This document shows, in pieces, positions 19,398 to 27,628 of a DNA stretch of 32,000 nucleotides. A program made the position numbers and the translations under genes. The stretch lies in the NCBI RefSeq assembly GCF_043950625.1, contig NZ_CP171007.1, one strand, 5' to 3'. How positions within the stretch are numbered: position 1 is the stretch's first letter; every line of letters begins with the position of its first letter. The notes beneath the pieces were generated by a model. It saw only the letters and a program-made list of their open reading frames with translations. It did no database searches and had not been told where the DNA came from. The DNA is from Alkanindiges sp. WGS2144. GTDB lineage: Bacteria; Pseudomonadota; Gammaproteobacteria; Pseudomonadales; Moraxellaceae.

Positions 19398-19797
19398 CTG
19401 GTGGTATTGGGATAGAAAGGACGATATTCATGCCATATTTGGAGAGCGAGAAGAACTCGTCCATAAAGATGTTATCCCGCTACAATTTACCGCAGCACAA
19501 GAGGACATGCTGGTAGAAGCCACGCTACCAGATACTCTATTGTATTACCTCAACTTAAATAACCCTTTGCTCATTGAGACAGTACCAGAAGACAAGCGCT
19601 ACCAGTTTATCTGTAAAAAGATTGCTGATGCGCGTTCTTTTGGTTTAGACGGGTTAAAAGATATGCTGAACTTTATTTGTGTTGTTCTTATTTATAAAGA
19701 GCGAATGAATAATGATGAAAGCGTATTGTCCGTACTAGCACGGCTCAAACATAAAGAAATAAGCATGGATGAAGCTATGCAAATACTACCTGAATAG
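19390..19797 (+). CDS. Probable C-terminal continuation of the DUF4123 adaptor, in the +1 frame
   Basis: Removing one C from the C5 run at 19384-19388 fuses ...KNLFLAP to MHSWWYWDRKDD.... The result is a ~297-aa protein, the usual size for DUF4123 adaptors. There is no independent SD for the 19390 start. Confidence 0.5.
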   Translation: MHSWWYWDRKDDIHAIFGEREELVHKDVIPLQFTAAQEDMLVEATLPDTLLYYLNLNNPLLIETVPEDKRYQFICKKIADARSFGLDGLKDMLNFICVVLIYKERMNNDESVLSVLARLKHKEISMDEAMQILPE

Positions 19798-19806
19798 GAA
19801 AGAACA

Positions 19807-20127
19807 ATGAAACTAACCAAAGTAAAACACGTCATCACCCTACCACTTTTATTATTGAGTCTGGCAGCGTGCAGTCAGGACATTGGAGCAAAATCAATGA
19901 ACAACCAAAAAAAACCAGAAGTCGTCTATATGGATGTGTCAGTCTATGCTTATACACCGTATGTTTTGAACGGGATGACTATCAATGGCCGTGGCCTGAT
20001 GACTGCTGGTGGTGGTGGATTAGTAACAGGCGAAGTTTTTGATCTTGGGCCACAAACTGTTCAATGGCGAACTGGAGATACAGGAGAGATTCATACAGCT
20101 AAAAATACTGTGATTTGTGAAAATTGA
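19807..20127 (+). pseudogene. DUF3304-like lipoprotein (T6SS immunity-type), 5' fragment truncated by IS insertion at 20116
   Basis: Signal peptide plus lipobox (LLLLSLAAC|S), then VYAYTPYVLNGMTINGRGL...GGGG...VQWRTGDTGE, which resembles DUF3304. The last 4 codons and the stop (CEN*) come from the IS terminal repeat. Confidence 0.65.
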
Positions 20128-20180
20128 GACTTCTACTGACATTTTGGTAAATTTTACCTCATGTCACAGGAGTTTCGATT

Positions 20181-21083
20181 TTGAGTACAAAAGCCCAGCG
20201 GGAAATCGCCCATAAATTAAAAGTATTTGCTCATGCAGAGCACAGTGGGAATATTGCTTTCACCTGTCGTTATTTTGGTATTTCACGAGATACTTTCTAT
20301 CGTTGGAAAAAGAATTACCAAACTAAAGGTGAATCTGGGCTAATCAACAGCAAGCCCTGTCCAGAAAATCCCAAGTTACGCACGCCTCCTGCCATTGAAG
20401 AGAAGATTCTTCATTTACGTCAGCATTATCATTTTGGGCAGGTAAGGATCAGTTGGTACTTATGGCGCTATCATCAAATTAAAATCTCGGCAGCGGGTGT
20501 ATATCACGTTTTAAAACGTAATGGTCTGAATCGGCTGCCCCAGAATCAGCGAAAACGATCCATTCCTACTCCTCAGCGCTATGAGAAACAAGTACCAGGC
20601 CACCATGTTCAAGTTGATGTAAAGTTCTTATTTTTCAAAGATCAAGATGGAAAGAGGATTAAAAGATATCAATACACTGCGATTGATGATGCAACCAGAG
20701 TCAGGGCACTAAAAATCTATGAAAAGCACAACCAGGCTAATGCGATTGATTTTGTCAATTATGTTATTGAGAAGTTTCCTTTTCGGATTCATACCATCCA
20801 GACCGATAATGGGCATGAATTCCAATCGAAATTTCATTGGCATTTAAACGATTTAGCAATTCATCATAGGTACATAAAGCCTCGAACTCCCAAACATAAT
20901 GGCAAGGTCGAGCGATCTCATAAGACCGACAAGATGGAGTTTTACCAGTTATTAAACTATACCGATGATGTCGACCTAAACGCTAAATTAGCGGAATGGG
21001 AGGCATTTTATAACTATGCCAGACCTCATGCTGCTATGGATGGAAAAACACCCTATGAGCGATTGAAAGAAAAACTATGCTAA
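20181..21083 (+). CDS. IS481-family DDE transposase (HTH plus rve integrase core)
   Basis: 300-aa ORF with an N-terminal HTH (FGISRDTFYRWKKNY) and an integrase core carrying D..D..E spacing (HVQVDVKF...IQTDNGHEF...NGKVERSH). TTG start with GGAG 8 nt upstream. Confidence 0.9.
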   Translation: MSTKAQREIAHKLKVFAHAEHSGNIAFTCRYFGISRDTFYRWKKNYQTKGESGLINSKPCPENPKLRTPPAIEEKILHLRQHYHFGQVRISWYLWRYHQIKISAAGVYHVLKRNGLNRLPQNQRKRSIPTPQRYEKQVPGHHVQVDVKFLFFKDQDGKRIKRYQYTAIDDATRVRALKIYEKHNQANAIDFVNYVIEKFPFRIHTIQTDNGHEFQSKFHWHLNDLAIHHRYIKPRTPKHNGKVERSHKTDKMEFYQLLNYTDDVDLNAKLAEWEAFYNYARPHAAMDGKTPYERLKEKLC

Positions 21084-21088
21084 AGTTA
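21081..21088. repeat. Target-site duplication TAAAGTTA (left copy) of the nested IS982-family element
   Basis: The identical 8-mer flanks the nested element at 21081-21088 and 22060-22067. The uninterrupted copy B has this 8-mer only once. Confidence 0.8.
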
Positions 21089-22059
21089 ACCTGAATCGCG
21101 GATAAGGAATTAGCTTGAAAAAAAGGTGGCTGAAAACCATTAGGAAGTTACCACACCACCTACGCCTTCAGCCACCATGTTCGATTTTACATATTTCTTC
21201 TGCATGATCGATGACTTTTTTCAGAAATTCGAAGCAACCTATTGGGAGTTTTTAAAACACAGCAACAAGCGTGTGAGAATGCGACCTTCCCAATTGAAAG
21301 TTTCAGAAATTGTATTTATCGCTATTTGGTATAAATGCTCACATTTCAATAACTTTAAAGCATTCTTCTTTTCATTAAAGCAGAGTCAAAGTCAACTCTT
21401 TAGATATTTACCCTGTTACCAGCGGATGGTTTATCTCATAAGAGCACATCAATTGGCACTGCATGCTTTACACTTTGCCTTGATGAAAGATTGCCCCAGT
21501 AATTATTTATGGATAGATTCGACTACGCTGCCTGTATGTAAAAATCAGCGGATTCAACGGCATAAATCGCTGGTAGCAATTGCAACCCGTGGCAAAAGCT
21601 CAATGGGATGGTTCTTCGGCTGTAAGCTGCATTTAATGATGAATCAATCAGGAGATATTGTCAGTACAGCTTTATCGAATGGGCATACAGCAGATGTTAA
21701 AATGGTTGAACAACTGGTAGAAGGATTGGCAGCAAAGCTCTATGCTGATCGTGGCTATATTAGTCAGGAATTAAGGAGCAGATTAAAAGCACAGGGTACT
21801 GATTTAATTACATATCACCGAAAGAATATGAAATCTGTTCAACTCTCTCCCTCAGATGAATATCACTTAAAGCAGCGTAATAAAATAGAGACTTTATTCA
21901 GTTTGTTAAAAGGGCAATATAATTTGGTCACCAGTAAAGCTCGAAGTATTGAAGGATACCTAGCTGGAATTTATGCATCTTTATGTGCTTACCAATTATG
22001 TCATCAAAACAAGCCAACTATTCAAGTAATGGAATCCTTGGCTTAAACAGGATTCGGGT
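21089..22059 (+). mobile_element. IS982-family insertion sequence (971 bp) nested in the right end of IS481-family copy A
   Basis: Boundaries come from the breakpoint relative to copy B. The imperfect terminal IRs are ACCTGAATCGCGGATAAGG and the reverse complement ACCCGAATCCTGTTTAAGC, matching at 13 of 19 positions. It is flanked by an 8-bp TSD. Confidence 0.8.
21177..22046 (+). CDS. IS982-family transposase (DDE_Tnp_1-type)
   Basis: 289-aa ORF with the IS982-family pattern: FCMIDDFFQKF...MRPSQLKVSEIVFIAI...DSTTLPVCKNQRI.RHK...GKSSMGWFFGCKLHLMMN..GDI...GH.AD...YADRGYIS..L...L...G.DLIT..RKNMK...R..IETLFS.LK. Confidence 0.85.
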   Translation: MFDFTYFFCMIDDFFQKFEATYWEFLKHSNKRVRMRPSQLKVSEIVFIAIWYKCSHFNNFKAFFFSLKQSQSQLFRYLPCYQRMVYLIRAHQLALHALHFALMKDCPSNYLWIDSTTLPVCKNQRIQRHKSLVAIATRGKSSMGWFFGCKLHLMMNQSGDIVSTALSNGHTADVKMVEQLVEGLAAKLYADRGYISQELRSRLKAQGTDLITYHRKNMKSVQLSPSDEYHLKQRNKIETLFSLLKGQYNLVTSKARSIEGYLAGIYASLCAYQLCHQNKPTIQVMESLA

Positions 22060-22067
22060 TAAAGTTA
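22060..22067. repeat. Target-site duplication TAAAGTTA (right copy) of the nested IS982-family element
   Basis: See 21081-21088. Confidence 0.8.
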
Positions 22068-22096
22068 TGATGTCAGCGGAAGTGCTAGTATTCACA

Positions 22097-22314
22097 ATTT
22101 AGATAGTTACTTGCTTTCTGGTATGGAGTCTGTTTATGGCGACAGTGATTTAGAAAGGGTGCACTCTGTAGATCAAGCCTTATTCAATTTAGGTTTAATG
22201 GATCAAGAAGAAAAACCTAGTTTTACCTCAAAAACCGAAACATTAATTAGTTTTATAGCCTCTGATAGAGGTAAAGATTTTTACCAAAGTATCGTTTTAG
22301 GGGATATAGGTTAG
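22097..22314 (+). pseudogene. 3' fragment of an unknown gene, truncated by IS481-family copy A
   Basis: The reading frame is open from the IS boundary (...NLDSYLLSGMESVYGDSDLERVHSVDQALFNLGLMDQEEKPSF...GDIG*). The track's TTG at 22111 is probably not a real start. I recognise no family. Confidence 0.4.
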
Positions 22315-22321
22315 ATAAAAA

Positions 22322-22347
22322 GAGGGGGCTAAAAAATTAGCCCCCTC
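22322..22347. terminator. Terminator hairpin between the two convergent truncated ORFs
   Basis: Perfect 9-bp GC-rich stem gagggggct/agccccctc with an 8-nt loop. The U-tract is present on the minus strand (plus-strand ataaaaa precedes the stem), so it fits best as the terminator of the 22373..22770 minus-strand ORF. Confidence 0.65.
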
Positions 22348-22372
22348 ACTGTGTATTGAATCAAGTTAAATA

Positions 22373-22770
22373 TTAATTCGTAGAGCCATTAGCTGTATAC
22401 GAGAAAGTTTGTCCTGTTTCTTTAACAGTAAAAGAGTAATTTAAACTAACAGTGTTATATCTTGTATGCATCACTCTTAAGTCAAATTTAAGTTTTTCAC
22501 CCTTTTCAATAACTTGGTTGTTTCTCAAGTTTTCGAAAAATGCTGGATAGTTAACATTACTGGAAGTTGCCTTGAGATTAGTAATTGTGAAATTAGAGCC
22601 TTTAGCCTCTAAAGAAAACTCTTCTACCGACACTCCTTTTGCACAACTTCCAACACAGGTAGAGTTTATATTAAATGATGACGATGCTACGTTATAAGGG
22701 AATTTTTGAACAGTATCTCCAAAGAATCCCGTAGTGCTTAAAATAAGTTCAGGGGCACTTTGAACAGTAA
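22373..22770 (-). pseudogene. 3' part of an unknown gene, truncated at its 5' end by IS481-family copy B
   Basis: The minus-strand frame is open from the IS boundary at 22770 through the track ORF (22373..22633): TVQSAPELILSTTGFFGDTVQKFPYNVASSSFNINSTCVGSCAKG-VSVEEFSLEAKGSNFTITNLK...YTANGSTN*. Composition is beta-rich and Ser/Thr/Asn-rich. I recognise no family. Confidence 0.45.
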
Positions 22771-23772
22771 TGTGAATACTAGCACTTCCGCTGACATCAT
22801 AACTTTAGCATAGTTTTTCTTTCAATCGCTCATAGGGTGTTTTTCCATCCATAGCAGCATGAGGTCTGGCATAGTTATAAAATGCCTCCCATTCCGCTAA
22901 TTTAGCGTTTAGGTCGACATCATCGGTATAGTTTAATAACTGGTAAAACTCCATCTTGTCGGTCTTATGAGATCGCTCGACCTTGCCATTATGTTTGGGA
23001 GTTCGAGGCTTTATGTACCTATGATGAATTGCTAAATCGTTTAAATGCCAATGAAATTTCGATTGGAATTCATGCCCATTATCGGTCTGGATGGTATGAA
23101 TCCGAAAAGGAAACTTCTCAATAACATAATTGACAAAATCAATCGCATTAGCCTGGTTGTGCTTTTCATAGATTTTTAGTGCCCTGACTCTGGTTGCATC
23201 ATCAATCGCAGTGTATTGATATCTTTTAATCCTCTTTCCATCTTGATCTTTGAAAAATAAGAACTTTACATCAACTTGAACATGGTGGCCTGGTACTTGT
23301 TTCTCATAGCGCTGAGGAGTAGGAATGGATCGTTTTCGCTGATTCTGGGGCAGCCGATTCAGACCATTACGTTTTAAAACGTGATATACACCCGCTGCCG
23401 AGATTTTAATTTGATGATAGCGCCATAAGTACCAACTGATCCTTACCTGCCCAAAATGATAATGCTGACGTAAATGAAGAATCTTCTCTTCAATGGCAGG
23501 AGGCGTGCGTAACTTGGGATTTTCTGGACAGGGCTTGCTGTTGATTAGCCCAGATTCACCTTTAGTTTGGTAATTCTTTTTCCAACGATAGAAAGTATCT
23601 CGTGAAATACCAAAATAACGACAGGTGAAAGCAATATTCCCACTGTGCTCTGCATGAGCAAATACTTTTAATTTATGGGCGATTTCCCGCTGGGCTTTTG
23701 TACTCAAAATCGAAACTCCTGTGACATGAGGTAAAATTTACCAAAATGTCAGTAGAAGTCTCAATTTTCACA
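22771..23772 (-). mobile_element. IS481-family insertion sequence, copy B (intact, 1002 bp), inverted relative to copy A
   Basis: It has the same terminal sequences as copy A. Its transposase protein is identical to copy A over all 300 aa in the ORF track. Confidence 0.85.
22805..23707 (-). CDS. IS481-family DDE transposase (identical to 20181..21083)
   Basis: The 300-aa product is identical to the copy A transposase. Confidence 0.9.
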   Translation of the reverse strand: MSTKAQREIAHKLKVFAHAEHSGNIAFTCRYFGISRDTFYRWKKNYQTKGESGLINSKPCPENPKLRTPPAIEEKILHLRQHYHFGQVRISWYLWRYHQIKISAAGVYHVLKRNGLNRLPQNQRKRSIPTPQRYEKQVPGHHVQVDVKFLFFKDQDGKRIKRYQYTAIDDATRVRALKIYEKHNQANAIDFVNYVIEKFPFRIHTIQTDNGHEFQSKFHWHLNDLAIHHRYIKPRTPKHNGKVERSHKTDKMEFYQLLNYTDDVDLNAKLAEWEAFYNYARPHAAMDGKTPYERLKEKLC

Positions 23773-23973
23773 CATAAGGCCAAAAATATTGTCGTGCTCC
23801 ATCGGGAAGACTTAAAGAACAAGCACTATCTGGCAGTGCATCTTTATCCCGACGATACTGTTGAAATCACCGGCTCTGAAAACTGGCCTCGCCCTACTGA
23901 AAAAGGTCTGGCGTGGCATGAACAAATACGCGCAGATAATAATATAAAGCAGGACAATACTAACTATAAGTAA
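23773..23973 (+). pseudogene. DUF3304-like lipoprotein, 3' fragment downstream of IS copy B
   Basis: HKAKNIVVLHREDLKNKHYLAVHLYPDDTVEITGSENWPRP... resembles the DUF3304 C-terminal block (l.VH.YPDg.Ve). The first 9 codons of track ORF 23746..23973, including its ATG, lie inside the IS terminal repeat. Confidence 0.6.
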
Positions 23974-24034
23974 GGGAAACTCTCTATGATTTTAGCTGGA
24001 AGACTCAAACCCAGTGCAGCATAATTTATGAAAA

Positions 24035-27000
24035 TTAATTCCGCTTTTTCTTCCCCGTTTTAGCACTGCGTTCGCTTAAACCCTTGGCAGCTTCCTGCTG
24101 CTGTGAATTTTCTGCTTCACCACTTAGCTGCCCCAGCAGTTTTATAATAAATTCAATACGCTCATTAGGCTCTTGCAACTGGGCAGAAATTTTTAGGCGC
24201 TGACCACCTTCCATGCGGTATATGGTGGGCTTAGCTTGCATCAACTGAATGATGGTCATGGCTTCAACTGGAGTATCGGGTGAAAATTCAATCAGGCCGC
24301 CATTGATATTGATATCCATTTTCTCAATGCCCAAGCTTTCCGCCTTGATGCGAATTTGATGCACGGCAAACAGGTTTTGTACCGGCTTGGGCAGCAGGCC
24401 AAAACGGTCAATCATTTCCATGCGGATGTCATTAAGCTTATCTGGTGCATTGGTATTACTAATGCGCTTATAAAACAACAAACGCTGGTGCACATCACTT
24501 AAATAGTCATCCGGAATGAGCGCCGGCAAATGCAAATTAATATCGGCGGTTAAGGACAGCGGTTCATCCAGATTAAACGACTTACCATTTTGAATGGCCT
24601 TGGTCGCACGCTCCAGCATGTCCATATACAGGCTATAGCCAATCGCCTGCATATTGCCGCTTTGCTCCTCACCCAGTAATTCGCCTGCCCCGCGAATCTC
24701 CAGGTCTTCGGTGGCCAGCACAAAACCTGCGCCCAGCGTTGAGGCACGCTGAATGGCATCCAGCCGTTTTTCCGCATCACCTTTTAAGTGCTTAATTGAT
24801 GGCACCATCAAATAGGCATAGGCCTGATGATGCGAACGTCCTACCCGTCCACGCAACTGGTGCAACTGTGCCAGACCCAGCTTATCAGCGCGTTCAATAA
24901 TAATGGTATTGGCGCTGGGCACATCAATGCCAGTTTCAATAATGGTGGAGCTAACCAGCACATTAAACTGCTTGTGATAAAACTGCTGCATCACTTGCTC
25001 CAGCTCACGCTCGCGCATTTGCCCATGTGCTACCGCCACCCGTGCTTCCGGCAATAAACGACGCAGTTCATCAGCAGCGCGTTCAATGCTGTCCACATCA
25101 TTATGCAAAAAGTACACCTGTCCACCGCGTAGCAATTCGCGCAAAATCGCTTCTTTCACTGTAGCGTTATTGTGCTCAACCACAAAGGTTTTGACTGCCA
25201 GACGTCGCGCGGGCGGCGTAGCAATAATGGACAAGTCGCGCATGCCGGAAAACGCCATGTTCAGCGTGCGTGGAATAGGCGTTGCTGTTAAAGTCAGCAT
25301 ATCTACATCGGCACGCAGCGCTTTGATTTTTTCCTTGTCGCGCACGCCAAAACGGTGTTCTTCATCCACAATCATCAGGCCTAAATCATGAAATTGCACG
25401 CCTTGTTGCAATAGCTTGTGTGTACCAATCACGATATCGACCTTACCATCGCCTAAATCGCTAATGATTTTTTTCTGGTCTTTGCTGGAGCCAAAACGCG
25501 ACAGTACCTCAATACGTACCGGCCAGTCGGCAAAACGGTCTTTAAAGTTTTCATAATGCTGCTGTGCCAGCAAGGTGGTGGGCACCAGTACGGCCACCTG
25601 CTTGCCACCATTAACAGCCACAAACGCCGCGCGCATGGCCACTTCGGTTTTACCAAAGCCCACATCCCCACACACCAGCCTGTCCATCGGCTTGTCCTGT
25701 GCCATGTCGTACAGGGTGGCAGTAATGGCATTGGCCTGGTCAATGGTTTCTTCAAAAGCAAAGCTACTGGCAAACTGCTGATAACCCAGTTCATCAATAT
25801 CAAAAGCAATGCCAGGTTTGGCTTGCCTGCGTGCCTGAATATTGAGTAGCTCAGCCGCCACATCATGAATTTGCTCCATGGCCTTGCGCTTGGCTTTGTT
25901 CCACGCATCAGTGCCCAGCTTGTGCAGCGGCGCATGTTCCGGGTCACCGGCACTATAGCGGCTAATCAGTTGCAAATTGGCAACCGGCACATAGACCTTG
26001 GCATTGTCGGCATAGTCTACTTGTAAAAATTCATGCTTTTGCTCATCAATCTCCAGCGTGACCAGACCGCCATAACGCCCAACGCCATGATCAATATGCA
26101 CCACTGGCGCACCAATCGATAGCTCAGACAAACTCTTAACTAAAAACTCTTCTGAAACGTCACTGGTTTTACGGCGACGACGCTGAACTACACGCTGCTC
26201 AAACAACTGGTTTTCAACCACCAAAGCGAATTGCTCAGAGGCATTTTGCCGGTCACTGGCCGCATCCAGCCAAATCCCGCGCTCTAGTGGTGACACTGCA
26301 ATTGCAACGTAATGCCTACTTTGCAGGAAATCCCGTAAATCCTCACATAGCGGTAAATCACGCCACAATGACTTAAACAGGTTTTTTAAGCTTTCACGGC
26401 GTCCAGCACTTTCAGCCACAATCAATATTCGACCCTTGAACTGATCGCTAAACGTTTTTAAAGCTTGTAAAGGATTGCTGGCTTTATGGTCAATCGGCAA
26501 CTTAGGCGGCGCATTGGCGGCCACGTTAACTACGCCTGCCCGCTCACTGATCGGATTTTCGGACAGCACCAGACGGCCAAAAATTTTTAAGCGACCAAAT
26601 AGTTCATTAACGGTTAAAAACAACTCATTAGGCGGTAAAATCGGCTGGTCAATATTATGGCGGCGGTCTTCATAGCGCTGGCTGACTTCCTGCCAAAAGC
26701 TGTTTAAGCATTCTTCTATATTGATATCCGTGGCAATGAGGGTATTGATTGGCAAATAATCAAACAGCGTACCGCCTTCAATAAACTCATCACGGCCAAA
26801 AAACAGTGGCTGATAATACTCCAGACCCGGCGCGGCAATACCGTTTAACACATCCTGATACAGGGGCATTTTTTTAGGACTAGCCTGCGGAAACAGCTCA
26901 GCAAACCGCGCACGAAACTCACCGCGTCCTTCAATTAATGGAAATTCCCGCGCTGGCAGCAAGGTGAATTGCTCAATTTGCTCGGTGGTGCGCTGGGTTT

Positions 27001-27628
27001 CCACATCAAAATGGCGCAGGGTTTCTATTTCATCATCAAACAAGTCAATACGAATAGGCGCTTGCTGCCCGGTAGGAAAAATATCCATCAGGCTACCGCG
27101 TACCGCAAACTCACCCGGTTCAAATACGGTATCGACACTACGATAACCAGCACGGGTTAAGCGCTGGCGTTCGTTTTCTACATCAAATTTCTGACCTTTT
27201 TTGATGTCAAAATGCTGGCCTAACAACCAGCTTGGTGGGGCAATACGCTGGCTTAGGGTACTGGCAGCAACCAAAACAATTCCGCTTCTAGGCATATTAG
27301 CCAATAAGGCCAGCCGTTCAGACACAATATCCTGATGCGGTGACAGGCGGTCATACGGCAGGGTTTCCCAGTCTGGAAATAGATATGGCTTAACACCAAA
27401 GAAGTTTAACTCATCTTCCATTTGCGCCAGTTGTGTGGTGTTTTTAGCGACCATGACAATCAGCTGTTTTTGGCTTTGTTTTTGATAGTGTTGCGCCAGT
27501 TCACTCAATAATAATGATGACAATGACCCTGCCAGATTGCCCACCCAGCGCCGCTCGCCGGCTGGAATTTGTTGTAAATTGTTTTTTTCAAAAGTTTTAA
27601 CAAGAAAGGGCAAAAGCAGTGCGGTCAT
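24035..27628 (-). CDS. mfd: Transcription-repair coupling factor Mfd
   Basis: About 1197-aa ORF. Contains the UvrB-homology N-terminus, a CarD-like domain (VVHIDHGVGRY), and a superfamily-2 translocase with GDVGFGKTEVA and DEEHRFG. I prefer the ATG at 27628 over the TTG at 27634. The C-terminal tail is Lys-rich. Confidence 0.95.
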   Translation of the reverse strand: MTALLLPFLVKTFEKNNLQQIPAGERRWVGNLAGSLSSLLLSELAQHYQKQSQKQLIVMVAKNTTQLAQMEDELNFFGVKPYLFPDWETLPYDRLSPHQDIVSERLALLANMPRSGIVLVAASTLSQRIAPPSWLLGQHFDIKKGQKFDVENERQRLTRAGYRSVDTVFEPGEFAVRGSLMDIFPTGQQAPIRIDLFDDEIETLRHFDVETQRTTEQIEQFTLLPAREFPLIEGRGEFRARFAELFPQASPKKMPLYQDVLNGIAAPGLEYYQPLFFGRDEFIEGGTLFDYLPINTLIATDINIEECLNSFWQEVSQRYEDRRHNIDQPILPPNELFLTVNELFGRLKIFGRLVLSENPISERAGVVNVAANAPPKLPIDHKASNPLQALKTFSDQFKGRILIVAESAGRRESLKNLFKSLWRDLPLCEDLRDFLQSRHYVAIAVSPLERGIWLDAASDRQNASEQFALVVENQLFEQRVVQRRRRKTSDVSEEFLVKSLSELSIGAPVVHIDHGVGRYGGLVTLEIDEQKHEFLQVDYADNAKVYVPVANLQLISRYSAGDPEHAPLHKLGTDAWNKAKRKAMEQIHDVAAELLNIQARRQAKPGIAFDIDELGYQQFASSFAFEETIDQANAITATLYDMAQDKPMDRLVCGDVGFGKTEVAMRAAFVAVNGGKQVAVLVPTTLLAQQHYENFKDRFADWPVRIEVLSRFGSSKDQKKIISDLGDGKVDIVIGTHKLLQQGVQFHDLGLMIVDEEHRFGVRDKEKIKALRADVDMLTLTATPIPRTLNMAFSGMRDLSIIATPPARRLAVKTFVVEHNNATVKEAILRELLRGGQVYFLHNDVDSIERAADELRRLLPEARVAVAHGQMRERELEQVMQQFYHKQFNVLVSSTIIETGIDVPSANTIIIERADKLGLAQLHQLRGRVGRSHHQAYAYLMVPSIKHLKGDAEKRLDAIQRASTLGAGFVLATEDLEIRGAGELLGEEQSGNMQAIGYSLYMDMLERATKAIQNGKSFNLDEPLSLTADINLHLPALIPDDYLSDVHQRLLFYKRISNTNAPDKLNDIRMEMIDRFGLLPKPVQNLFAVHQIRIKAESLGIEKMDININGGLIEFSPDTPVEAMTIIQLMQAKPTIYRMEGGQRLKISAQLQEPNERIEFIIKLLGQLSGEAENSQQQEAAKGLSERSAKTGKKKRN

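Larger units (their letters stand above)
20116..22096 (+). mobile_element. IS481-family insertion sequence, copy A; 1002 bp of IS sequence interrupted by a nested IS982-family element
   Basis: The ends are defined by comparison with copy B. IRL is TGTGAAAATTGAGACTTCTACTGACAT (20116-20142). IRR is the reverse complement of 22070-22096, TGTGAATACTAGCACTTCCGCTGACAT. The IRs match at 20 of 27 positions and start with TGT, as in IS481-family elements. Confidence 0.85.

Noticed and set aside
20113-22099. ATT on both sides of IS481-family copy A, as a possible 3-bp target-site duplication
   Set aside because: Three bases is within chance expectation and shorter than the duplications I associate with this IS family. 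Copy B shows no equivalent repeat.
22060-22807. Both truncated passenger ORFs are in the same frame as the IS481-family transposase, separated from it only by its single TAA stop; this raised the idea of read-through fusions
   Set aside because: The chance probability is about 1 in 9 and there is no recoding signal. In copy A the IS982 insertion intervenes. Most likely coincidence.
23746-23973. ORF 23746..23973 as an IS-driven hybrid gene, with ATG and 9 codons from the IS end fused in frame to the DUF3304-like 3' fragment
   Set aside because: The nearest SD-like GAGGT is 13 nt from the ATG. The product would lack the signal peptide and lipobox needed for a periplasmic immunity lipoprotein. 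I treat it as a pseudogene fragment.
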